A stretch of DNA of 64,000 bases, from assembly GCA_000002445.1 (NCBI GenBank), contig CM000208.1:2272001-2336000 (forward strand), read 5' to 3'. The DNA is from Trypanosoma brucei. Taxonomy: Eukaryota. Positions 20,878 through 31,558 of the stretch are shown piece after piece (position 1 is the first letter of the stretch; each line of letters begins with the position of its first letter). Under the pieces are notes generated by a model that was not told the origin of the DNA, ran no database searches, and saw only the letters and a program-made list of their open reading frames with translations. The translations under genes were made by a program, and so were the position numbers.

Positions 20878-22353
20878 ATGATATGCCGCACATCTTTTCT
20901 GCGTAAACCCAAGGTAGTTGTTGTTGGCACGGGATGGGCGGGCTGCTACTTTGTGAGAGACACAAAACCACAATTAGCAGAACTCCACGTTTTGTCCACA
21001 CGTAACCATCACGTACTGACACCCCTTCTCCCGCAAACAACCACCGGTACGCTGGAGTTCCGCTCTATATGTGAGCCCATCACTCGCATTCAACCGGCAC
21101 TCGCACACCTTCCGAACCGTTTCTCACGTTGCTTCGTGTATGACATCAACTTCGAACAAAAGCGGGTTGATTGCATTAGCGTAGACAACACCAGCGTCGG
21201 GCCACACGCCTTAGTTAACACATTTGATGTTCAGTACGACAAACTAGTGTTGGCGCATGGTGCACAGCCAAACACGTTTAATGTTCCCGGCGCTGTGGAG
21301 AGGGCGTGTTTCCTTCGGGAGGTAAATGAAGCACGTACCATCCGCAAACGACTTGTGCAGAATATCATGACGGCGAATTTGCCCGTAACAAGTGTCGAGG
21401 AGAAGAAACGCCTTCTGCACACCGTAGTTGTGGGAGGTGGGCCCACGGGCGTTGAATTCTCCGCAGATTTGGCCGAGTTCCTGCGCGACGACGTGAAGAA
21501 CATCAACCCCGAGCTCGTTCAATTCTGCAAAGTGACAGTACTTGAGGCCGGAGAGGTTTTCAGTACATTTGATTTACGCGTGAGGGAATGGGGCAAGCGG
21601 CGGTTAGATGCCCTCGGCGTGCGAATCGTGAAGGGTAATGTTGTGGCTGTGCAAGAGAAGGAGGTGATCACAAAGAGTGGTGAAGTGTTCTCTACCGGCT
21701 TGGTGGTGTGGAGCACAGGTGTCGGACCCTCACCACTAACAAAAGAATTAAAGGTGGACCGAACGCGACAGGGGCGTATTTCCGTCGATGAGCATTTACG
21801 GGTACTGCGCGACGGCGTCCCAATTCCCGATGTGTATGCAATTGGGGACTGTGCAACCAATGAAAGCAACCCGCTACCTACTTTAGCTGCTGTCGCTTCT
21901 CGTCAAGGCGTGTATCTGGCAAAAAAAATCAACGCGGAATTAGCTGGTAAGCCATTCGCCACGCCGTTCAAATATGAGAGCCTCGGAAGCATGGTGAGTC
22001 TTGGTACTTCCAGCGCTGTTGTGGAATTAAATGGGCCACGCAAACTTGATTTTGTTGGGCTTAAGGCACTCTTCTTCTGGCGTAGTGCATACCTCAGCAT
22101 TGTGGGTTCGTGGCGTAATAGGCTTTATGTCATTGTCAACTGGCTTGGAAGCGCAATTTTTGGCCGGGATTTGACACTCATTAACGACTACAATGACGAG
22201 CGGACGTGGCTCTCTCTGGCGTCAGAGGGGGCGGCGCGCGAGAAAGTGAGCAGAATGAACAAAGTTAAAACCGATGGCGACGGCAGTAATGGAAATGAAA
22301 CAACAGCCCGTTCAAAGGTGGACTTACCCGCGACAAAGAAACAGAACGAGTAG
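20878..22353 (+). CDS. NDH2: type II (alternative, rotenone-insensitive) NADH dehydrogenase
   Basis: Two dinucleotide-binding folds are present: KPKVVVVGTGWAGC and TVVVGGGPTGVEF. The 491-aa length matches my recollection of TbNDH2. Confidence 0.8.
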   Translation: MICRTSFLRKPKVVVVGTGWAGCYFVRDTKPQLAELHVLSTRNHHVLTPLLPQTTTGTLEFRSICEPITRIQPALAHLPNRFSRCFVYDINFEQKRVDCISVDNTSVGPHALVNTFDVQYDKLVLAHGAQPNTFNVPGAVERACFLREVNEARTIRKRLVQNIMTANLPVTSVEEKKRLLHTVVVGGGPTGVEFSADLAEFLRDDVKNINPELVQFCKVTVLEAGEVFSTFDLRVREWGKRRLDALGVRIVKGNVVAVQEKEVITKSGEVFSTGLVVWSTGVGPSPLTKELKVDRTRQGRISVDEHLRVLRDGVPIPDVYAIGDCATNESNPLPTLAAVASRQGVYLAKKINAELAGKPFATPFKYESLGSMVSLGTSSAVVELNGPRKLDFVGLKALFFWRSAYLSIVGSWRNRLYVIVNWLGSAIFGRDLTLINDYNDERTWLSLASEGAAREKVSRMNKVKTDGDGSNGNETTARSKVDLPATKKQNE

Positions 22354-22442
22354 GTGAAGTTTGTGTACCAAGCAACACAATTGACCTCCCTTCGATTCTC
22401 ACACCCACGTGGCCGCTGAACATACAATTAAGGACGTGTAAA

Positions 22443-22473
<31 letters not shown>

Positions 22474-25400
22474 TTTGTATATATGTTCTTAATTATGATG
22501 ATTTATTGATGTAACATCCGCGATAATTTTTTTTTGTTCGACTCTGTTTATTTCCGATTTTTTTTTCTTTTCTGCTCCCCGTTTTTTTTTTCCTGTGTAC
22601 TCGTTGTTTTGTTTTGTTTTTTTACCTCCAGAGGTTGATGGCCGCTGGCTTTAACGTGATACCCCCCCCTCCCCCTTCAACCCGCCGCGTACGCGTGGAT
22701 ATGCACCTAAACGTACAATTGAAGATGACACAAACACGTGCGTTTGCAATTTTGTGAATGAATGCGGTGAATGTTATTGTTTTTTTTTTGTATATTTGTA
22801 AGCGTGTGTAAGTGGGTGGGAAGGAGGAAGGTGGAAAAAAGTGTTTTTGGGGTGGGAGATGGAACACCTCCTATGTTACGGGATGTGAATATATAAATAA
22901 ATAAATAAATAAATAACGTTTTTAATTTATGCGAATGGAAGAACGAAGTGTGGTTTCATTCGCATGTGCGTGGGGGGAAAAGGAAGAAAAAAAAAAGAGA
23001 AGCGGGTGGGGGTTGGGGGAAATAAAATAAAATAAAAAGGGTAGGGAAGAGGTATTGTTACTTGGTTTCTGATAAAGGCGGAGAGGAAAGGGAACAAGTC
23101 AAACACATACAAAACAAAAGAATCATATGTTTGTGAAAAGTTGAGGAAAGTGACGGTCAGGCATTGGTTGATGAGTAAAGTCGACGTGTATGACACATGC
23201 GCACTCTCTCCTCATTTCACAAAATGAAAAAATATATATATACATTCTTTAAGGGGGTTTTCCTGAACCTTTTTGCCTCCTCTAAACACGCGCGGAAGAA
23301 GGAAGATTCAAACTCGAATAACTCAAGTGTGAAGAGAAAACAATAATAATTAAAGCATCTGGAGTGTGGGGGGGGGGAAGGAGGAAAACAAAGGAGAGGT
23401 GGAAGTCGCGGCATACTTCAGCACAAATGACTCTTTGAAACTTTATTTAGCTGTCGTTTATGATTTATTTTGTTTTTCTCTTTTACCGTTCATTATACTG
23501 GCGGTCGACTGAAATTCTAACCCAATAAATGAATACGCCACGCGACGAGAGAAATAACACTGAAAGAAGAGGGGAAACAAATGTGGCAACATGAAGGAGT
23601 CGAAGGAGACAAAATGACCAGCGTTTAATCAACCGTCACGACAAACTTGGCGCATCCGGTAGGTTTTCAACCTTTCGTCCTTTGCTGCTGCTGCTGTTGT
23701 TGTTGTTGTTGAGGGGATCCAAAAGGTCGTTGCAGTTCAGTGGTGGTAACTTCGTGTTGGATGGGTTTCACTCATCTTAAAGGAAAGCGGACGAAGGAAT
23801 AATAGCAAAGGGAAAAAAAAACAAAACAAAAGGAGCTAAGCTTATCACATTATTCACTGCTGAGTGGTAGGAGGGAGGTGGGAGAGAAAGAAAAACTGAA
23901 TGAAGAAGGTAATGTTCACATATTATTATTTATTTATTATTATTATTTTTTACAGAGAACTAATCATTGATAATGTATGTGTGTTTGTTTCCACTAGTTT
24001 TCCTGTTGTTGATGTTGTTTTAAGCAAAAAAAAAAAGGAGGCGGGAAACAAGCGCCGATGCCGCTACTGCTTTGGTGGCAGTGGGGTGCGGCAGTAGTGA
24101 TGGCAGCCCATTGATAAGTTACCGTTACGTAAAACATTTATTGCGTCCCTACAGCGCGAAAGTTTCCACACAAAAATAACGTCTCTCCTTCAGAGACCCT
24201 GTTAACTATGTACTCCACTCTGAAACAAAGAGTAATCGGTTCATGTGGCAGCATTCCCTTCTGTATTTCTAACACCACTACTTCATCTCTTTCACCTCTT
24301 TTAATTTCCAACACGCATTCAAGCCATGAGCTGGTACGACCCGAAAGTCTCGTAAGCAATGACAAAAAAAAGGATGAAATGGATGTGAACATGCATATAT
24401 TATTAAACAAATAAATATATGAGAGAGGTTGGTTGCACCAGCCTTTGGCACGTATTGAGCTGAAGAAAGCCTACCGAAGGGGGAGAGGACTGCAGCGAAC
24501 TGAATGGGGTGGGTCCAAACAATGAGAAGTGGTCGCGACGAGGACCCGTCAATTTGTTTGTTTGTTTTGTTTTGTTTTGTTTTTTTTGGTGGAGGGAGGA
24601 AGCGAATACGCCCGTAAAAAAGGTGTAATCTTATGAGCCTGCATTACTTTTTAGCCCGTGCAAAGGGGGTTTGTGGCGGGTTAGTGGACGGAAATGAAAC
24701 TGTTGCAGTGGCTCCTGCGCAGCTCTCCTTTCATCACCCGCTCCATTTAGCGGGTCATAGCTGTGTTTGTCGTAGCAAAGGGGTGATGCATGTTGGGGTA
24801 AACAATACAATATTTTGGTAGCGTTATACGCTGCTTTGTGTGGGGTGGCACAAATGCAAGTGTTGGTCTCTGTTCTCTTTACTAGAATAATATATGAAGG
24901 GAGCAAGTCAGTCAGCAAATTGCTGGGAATCCGTCGCTGCATCTCTGTCAATGGTTCCCACCACCGCCGTACTCCGAGACGGGGACCGCAGCTGATTGAC
25001 ACGTAGCCTTCAAGGAGTCTGTGACGGTTTTACTTGATGGGTGGAAGCCCTTTCCACTGAGGAGACTGCTGAGAATGTGAAATGCCCATTGGTGAGAAGT
25101 AATAGCGAGGAACCCACCGAGCCTCACAGTATCTGGGAAAGAAAATAACAGAAATAATTATGGTAAATGAAAACCGGGGAAGCTACCCGCCTTCGTCCCT
25201 TCCACAAACATATTAATAGCACATCGACTCATTCGTAAGAGATATTTTAATGCTGCTGGGCCAATGTTGGTGAAGTTAGAAGTGGTTTCCTTATCTTGGT
25301 GGCAGACGGGAAGAGGAATATTAGGGACATCCCGTCCCAGTCTTTTTCCACACTATTACCTTCTAAAATTGTGTTTGAACCTCCACAAAACCAAGAAGCT

Positions 25401-26550
25401 AACATCGTAATGGGGCATGCCACACGGTGGTGAGAGGAATTGTGTGTGGAAGGAGGCGGAGTTGGCCACGCCAAGGGGAAGGAAAGGGGGGAAGATTATA
25501 AGAGGCAAATAAAACATTACTTAAAAGTGACAGTCAATATCGAAACATGCAGAAAACGTTGTTAAGGGATTGTGTGTCCACAAGGTCATCCAATTGATCA
25601 ATCGTTGGGTAGCTCAAGGAGTTATTATGCTGATTTGGTTGAATACGAACCCCTCGAAAGGCTCAAACACTTCAGTTGGTTGAGAGGTTGCGCGCACAAA
25701 TCACCGTTCCAACAGGACTGCAGAAAGATGCATCAAGTGGAAAATAAAACAAAGAAGACTTAAACGGTGAGAAAGGCTGGCAAATGTGCCACTGCACGCT
25801 ACTCAATCTTGACTAACGGTACTTCCAAATTAAATGTATATCATGGAACGGGAGTCATTATATTTAGCAGGAAAGGCGATGTAACTGAATTCTACAAGGG
25901 TTTTAGTGGGTTGGCTTGTAGTTATCGTGAACAAAGGTGACGCGATGGAAATGAATTTCAAGGGGCTATTGAAAACGATGCGACACGAAGTAAATGTGGC
26001 CATGCTAAATATTTTCATATCACTTCCCCCTCGCCGCCGTAAAGGTAGAATTTTTTGCATCATGTGGAAATCCACCCTTAAAGTCACCAACCGTCAGGTG
26101 TTCGTCTTCATGCAGCACAGTTTTTCTTTATTTTTTTTTATATTTTTGTCTCGCTGCAACGGAGGGGATCACAGAAGTGAATATGTTGGAGTGCATCGCC
26201 CCAAGAATTTGGCAGCAAAACAGTGGTAGCACTTCAAATTTGGTTTTTTTGACTATATTCACGACTGGAATAATAACACTGGTAATATAAAAATACGGCA
26301 ACGAATAATCGGACGAAATTTTTTTTCGAAGTACCACGTAAACTGTACTTTGTGTGTGCCATCAAAACAGAAACAAATCGTTATTTAAAAAAAAATAAAA
26401 ATACTTTCGGATACCCAGTGACATGTCTATTATTTTTACTATTTTGTTTTATTTACCCTCTTATTTATTTGTGGTTTTGAAAAAAAAGAAATACTTTGTG
26501 CATAATCATACAGACACAGTACAGTTTAGAGGTTGGGTTGCTAAGATAAT

Positions 26551-26745
26551 ATGAAAAAAGGCAACCGTCGCGGCCGCTACCGAAAGAGACGAAGCTCGAG
26601 ATCGCCTTTATTTTGGGTTGCGTTGGCTGCATTGGTTTTGTTGACTTTGTCGACAGGGTTGAATGTATGGCTTGCTGTTGAGTACGCATCCAAGAAAAAG
26701 GTGGAAACCAATTTGGAGCTGGCCGAGAAGGCATGCGGATTATAG
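26551..26745 (+). CDS. small ORF (64 aa) with a basic N-terminus and one TM segment; speculative
   Basis: An ATG-initiated ORF, MKKGNRRGRYRKRRSSRSPLFWVALAALVLLTLSTGLNVW..., is the only support, and a chance ORF is possible. Confidence 0.15.
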   Translation: MKKGNRRGRYRKRRSSRSPLFWVALAALVLLTLSTGLNVWLAVEYASKKKVETNLELAEKACGL

Positions 26746-27096
26746 CGTTGCCATGCTAGGCAGGTACCAACCTTGTTCTCCCTGTGGTGATGCACATTTA
26801 TAATGGACTTTTTTTTTTAGTTGTTGTTGTTACATTGTCGGTACATGCGGAAGAAGGATTGTTAGTGAATTTCTTTGTGTGTTTATTTCTCACAGGCTGT
26901 TGCGGCAAAAGTATTAAATTCCTTCTATTGTGTGAACCTACAGGACAAAGGAGGAACAGGGATGGTTTGCTTTTAAAACGATGCCACCATTTTTCTTCTA
27001 TGTTGTGCACATATGCGTTGTTGAATAAAATGAAGTAAAGAGCCCGGCCGAGTGGAGTGGCGCGGTGTGGGAATACATAAAAATAATAATAAGAAC

Positions 27097-27849
27097 ATGA
27101 GCACCTTCGCGGTACTAAATGGTGTCATAATATTAGCGGTATTCGTTGTAACCGCTGCTTGCTTAGATGATCAAAAGCCTATAAGGGAGGGAGGGAAAGC
27201 GCTGAGTGGAGAGGCTGCAAAACATCTCTGCCGCATCAAACAGATAAGTGAATTGCTCGGAAGCCGTGCAGAGTTTGAGCTAATTAGGGACGGATCCAAG
27301 TTTACCAGCGAGCGACAAGTCCTTCGTAATGTCCAGGATAAAATAACGGAAGGGGTCAAAGGCATAAATGAGTTGTTCGGTAGGCACTGTCGGCGAGTGT
27401 CCTTGGGAATTGAAGGAGGTGGGAGCGACATGCTTTCCAACCCAAATTGCGAAGATAGCGATAAAAAAGAGGGAACGGGGGAAGCCACTGACCAAGGCAG
27501 TGGGACGCTGTCTGAAGAGGGTATTATCCAGTGCGAACACGGTAATTTTCTGCGTGATTTCCTAATTCGGGGTGCCCTCGAGGCATACAGAAGTCAAATG
27601 GAGCAGTGGGAAAAGAAAAAACCGACAGAAGGAAACAAAACGAGTACGGAGGTTAAAGGGGATGAATCGTCAAAAAAACACGAGGACCAATGCCAGCAGA
27701 TGGGATACAGCGTTCATGGGGCCTGCACCGTATCAGAGCAAAAATGGAGGCAACATCTGGAAGAGGCTGTGAAGCTCATGGAAGGCATAATTGTAGTGAA
27801 AAAGGAAGACGTTTGTGGGGTATCAAAAGAAGGGGAGACGCAAAAATAA
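27097..27849 (+). CDS. hypothetical secreted protein (about 250 aa, cleavable signal peptide, 8 Cys, highly charged)
   Basis: MSTFAVLNGVIILAVFVVTAACLDDQ looks like a signal peptide. A poly-Y tract (about 26976-26998) followed by AG lies upstream. It is the only sizeable ATG ORF in an 8.7-kb gene-poor stretch. No family assigned. Confidence 0.4.
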   Translation: MSTFAVLNGVIILAVFVVTAACLDDQKPIREGGKALSGEAAKHLCRIKQISELLGSRAEFELIRDGSKFTSERQVLRNVQDKITEGVKGINELFGRHCRRVSLGIEGGGSDMLSNPNCEDSDKKEGTGEATDQGSGTLSEEGIIQCEHGNFLRDFLIRGALEAYRSQMEQWEKKKPTEGNKTSTEVKGDESSKKHEDQCQQMGYSVHGACTVSEQKWRQHLEEAVKLMEGIIVVKKEDVCGVSKEGETQK

Positions 27850-30800
27850 ATGCGGGTGACAGTGGAAGGCAATGGGGAAGTGGGGTGTAGGGAATGCCTT
27901 TTGTTTTCATTTCTTTCTTTGGGGTCCGTTGGTATCGGTAGCTGCAGGCATATAGTTGCTTGAAAGTGTGCGAGGGTAACTGCGGACGTATATGTAAATA
28001 TGCACAAATTTGTGCTTTTTCTTATTCCGGGTATTTAGGTGTGAATTATGTGTTCCCTGGAGGTAGAGTGTCATCCATATGCGTGCCCTTTGGTAGGACA
28101 CGATCTAAGATAAGGTGTATTGCGTTGGTATTCGTGATTTTTGAAGTGAGTTTCCACCGGAAAGTGTGCGTTTGTACTTAACTATTATGTCCCCCTTCTC
28201 CTTTGTTAAGGTAAGGGGGTTGAATGAACTCTGAAGCGTAAGTGTGCAGAAGTTGGCCGGAGCTCATCGGCCGTTAGGGTGCATTGACGTTTAGAAGATA
28301 AGAGGAATGAGAGCAGCGATTAAATCTTGTGCATCAACAAAAGTCAGATATCATGTGTGAGAGGGCGTGATGCAGGGAGGCAACACTAAGTTTCCGCAAA
28401 GTAATATCGGGGGCAATTCTGTAGTGTTGGTGCAGACTCCGCATTGAATCGAGAATCGGCAAATTGGGGATAGCGGTTCGGTTACCTCCCGTGGTTAGGT
28501 TAGGTGAGGAAAAGCGAAGAGGGGAAATGCACTGAATTGGGGGGCGGGAGCTGGTGACGCCTCAACGATCTTAATGCATAGCGTGACCCCTGTGTACCAA
28601 GCCGTGACGTAAGAGGACGTCATGCATTCGCAAAAGAACGAAAGCAGTTATGGCGTGTGGTGGGGGAAACGCGTACGGGTTTGAACGTGATGCCAGAGTT
28701 TTGGGTCAATACAAGGGGAACACACCAACGAGGGCAACAAGAACTGCTGCAACACGTGGTGAAGCGCAAGACAAGTACCACACCTTCCTTTTCACAGATG
28801 GGTGTGTGGATTGTAGCCCTCTCCCTGCAAGAAAGTAAGGTGCACCACACGAATTACCGATGTTGGTCGAGTTGACGCTTTTCCTCCCCGCCAGTTGAAA
28901 CGGGGGAGAGCAGGGTAGCCCGGGGGGCATTGGATCCCTCCAAATGATGGAGATAGCCTCGCTTTGTGTAGGGCTGAAATCTGAAGGCAAGCACAAATAC
29001 GCTTAGCATGTAAGTGGATCCGCACTCACGAGTGCCTGGGAATGGCATAACCGGATGACGCACAGGCAATCGATGTGAGGAGCAAGGAGGGGAGATGTTG
29101 CCGCCAACGAAGATTACCGGTCTTGAATACACAAGGGTCGTGAATGATAGGGTGCAAACGAAAGGATTGGGAGAGAGAAGATTAGTTGTGCTTCGTTCCC
29201 GGGGGGGAAAAGCAGTCAAGGAATAGGGTATAATTGAATGTAGGAAACCTGCTTCCTGTCGTGAAAGGGGAAATCAATGACCGCAGGAAATTATCCTATC
29301 CGCAGTAAATCGTATTGGTGCATGTTAACAGTTCCAAGGAAAGAAGTGAGGAGGACCTGGTTTTGCCTCACAAGAGCACTTTTTGGAGGGAGCTACACCA
29401 CGCAAAACGACAATTTTGAGCAGTTTTGGGGGGTAAGGAGACTTGATTTGGGGAGGCGGAGGAGAGGAGTCTAATGTTCATTTAGCAGCGGTGGGCCGGT
29501 GAAGAACGGAATTGTGTATGAACGGACCGCAAGTGGTAAAGTTTCCAGAAAGCGATGGAAGTAAGTGCTAATGGTCGGGACGGCCCTCGGAAGCAGCACC
29601 AGGAGCAAAAGGAAGGGGGAAAAGATGCCGAAATATTTATTGTTACATTGAAAATGGTGCACTTTATGTCGTACATTTCTGTTGTGAACAAAACCGTAAG
29701 AATAAACAAACATAACTTTATCCTGATCCCAACCGAACGAAAGAGTAAGGGAAAGGGAGATGTGTTTAAGATCAACTTCTTTTTCCATCGGTTGCTAAAT
29801 GCGTCGCCAGAGGTTTTGTTCATAAATCCCGTCTTTTGAGCATCGATGACGCCGTCGGAAGACGGCTTTTATGAAGTACCGCCTCCTCGTAGGCGACACT
29901 TGTCTTCTCCCATTCATTGCTGGTAGTTAAAATATTCATACTTGCCTAAAAGTTCTGCATCGTATGCACAATCTTAACACCATCCAACATCATACATTTG
30001 GGCGTATTTGCGCGTATCTTCACTTATATATTCCAGCAGCTCCTCTTGCCGTGACCCCTTCCTCCGAATCGTGTCTTCGTGCCGGCAATAAGTAGTATTG
30101 CGTTGGCTAAAAGCATCGCATCTGTGGTCAAATATTTAAAATGTGTGTAGTACATTGGAGGTGTACTGTGTGTTTTTCCCTTCGGACATGCAACCTGGAT
30201 TCAAAAATGCAGAGAAAACGTCGTTCGGTATTATATTCACGCACATTGGCAACTAATTCGTTTATTTTCGTTGCTGTAGGGTAACAAATGTCGCCAGGGG
30301 TCTCCGAAGCAAGGTGGTGAAGTGGACAAGGGTTCACCGGTTCCGTCCACAATTTTCTGGATAATGCGAGTGTTAATGAAAGGACGGAAGGGGACACAGT
30401 TAAAAATGACGACACCCAAGTAAAAAGTAACAGCGGTCATATCCCGCGAGTTTGTGACGCAGTTGCGGCGGCCAAGCTTTTCTCCGCGTAGTGTAGGGCG
30501 CCTACCGCTGGGATACTCGATTGTATCCGTGCCTACGTTGGTTTTGATAGGGTGCCGTGAACATGTGCCGACATAGACTTGGATTTACAAAAATATGCAG
30601 CGTGTTGGTGTTTGCGAGGGTACTGCAACACTGGTGCTTGATGGGGTTAGGTGTTGTTTTTTTTTTTTTGCGCAACCAGACAGAAAAAAAGAGGTCGTAG
30701 AATATGAACGGAGATTCGAGTGCGCCAAGAGTACTCAATTAATCTGGCACCATGCAGGGGAAGATCACGCCAACGACGCTTTATGCGGCTGGAAAATTTT

Positions 30801-31110
30801 TTCTACGTCTCAGATGGAAGTTGTGGCAAAACGGGGAAGTAAAAGACGGGGGATTGTAAGAGGTGGATGAAAATGGGCAAAAAGAAAACTCGCTAAGCAA
30901 TTCGCGCACAGCTGTAAGCCACGTGAGGGATGCATGACCTGGGAGGGTTACATTTAAATCTTCGAGGATAAATAGCCCGTATGGGCGGTAGAAGAAAGTA
31001 GGGATATACTGACATCTAAAAGCAGGACTACGACTGTTAGCGTCACCAACCTCCGGGACGCTATGTATGTGAGGGAGATTGATCGGTAGTGGAGAGTGTA
31101 CGGGTTTGTT

Positions 31111-31440
31111 ATGAAGCGAAAAATTATGAGCCTTGACTACGAAACTCGGTATTTTCATTATCCTTATGGAAAGGTGATCAAAAGGGGTGCCATACTACAT
31201 TTTGCGGGGTCGAGTAACGTGTGGAAGGAGACAATACCCAGGTACCTCAGCGAGATGAGTTGGTTCAAAGCTCTAAAAAATTCTTTCACAGAACGAGAGG
31301 CTTACAGGCGGCTGCTAGAAACAACTTCCGTTGAAATACACTCTGCAAGGGGTGCCTTTAGGTATGTAAAGCTCGGTACTGTGTGCCCCATCTCTAACGT
31401 TTCAAACCCAAATTGGTTATCTGGGGAGTTGAGAAAGTAA
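31111..31440 (+). pseudogene. truncated leading copy of the glycosyltransferase-like array gene; only the last about 105 codons are present
   Basis: From about 31127 to 31440 the sequence is identical to the 3' end of the full copies (KIMSLDYETRYFHYPYGKVIKRG...NPNWLSGELRK*). The identical downstream spacer follows. The sequence upstream of 31127 is unique, so this is the array boundary. Confidence 0.65.
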
Positions 31441-31536
31441 TGCATACGGTCAATCTGCATTGAAGATTACACCCGTAATCCGCGGCACATCGCATCGCAC
31501 TCTCTTATCCCTTACATACTCATTGCAGAAACTGAC

Positions 31537-31555
31537 GTTTTATTTTTGTTTTCAG
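31537..31555 (+). promoter_or_regulatory. poly-pyrimidine tract plus AG, a putative trans-splice acceptor 3 nt upstream of the array-gene ATG; repeated identically at 32828-32846 and 34119-34137
   Basis: gttttatttttgttttcag directly precedes gaaATG in copies 1-3. Copy 4 has gttttatttcatttttag before aaagATG. Confidence 0.5.
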
Positions 31556-31558
31556 GAA

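Noticed and set aside
6473-22353. Apparent clustering of mitochondrial-function genes (L2HGDH-like, BCS1-like, NDH2)
   Set aside because: Trypanosomatid polycistrons are not functionally organised operons. The co-occurrence is most likely coincidental.
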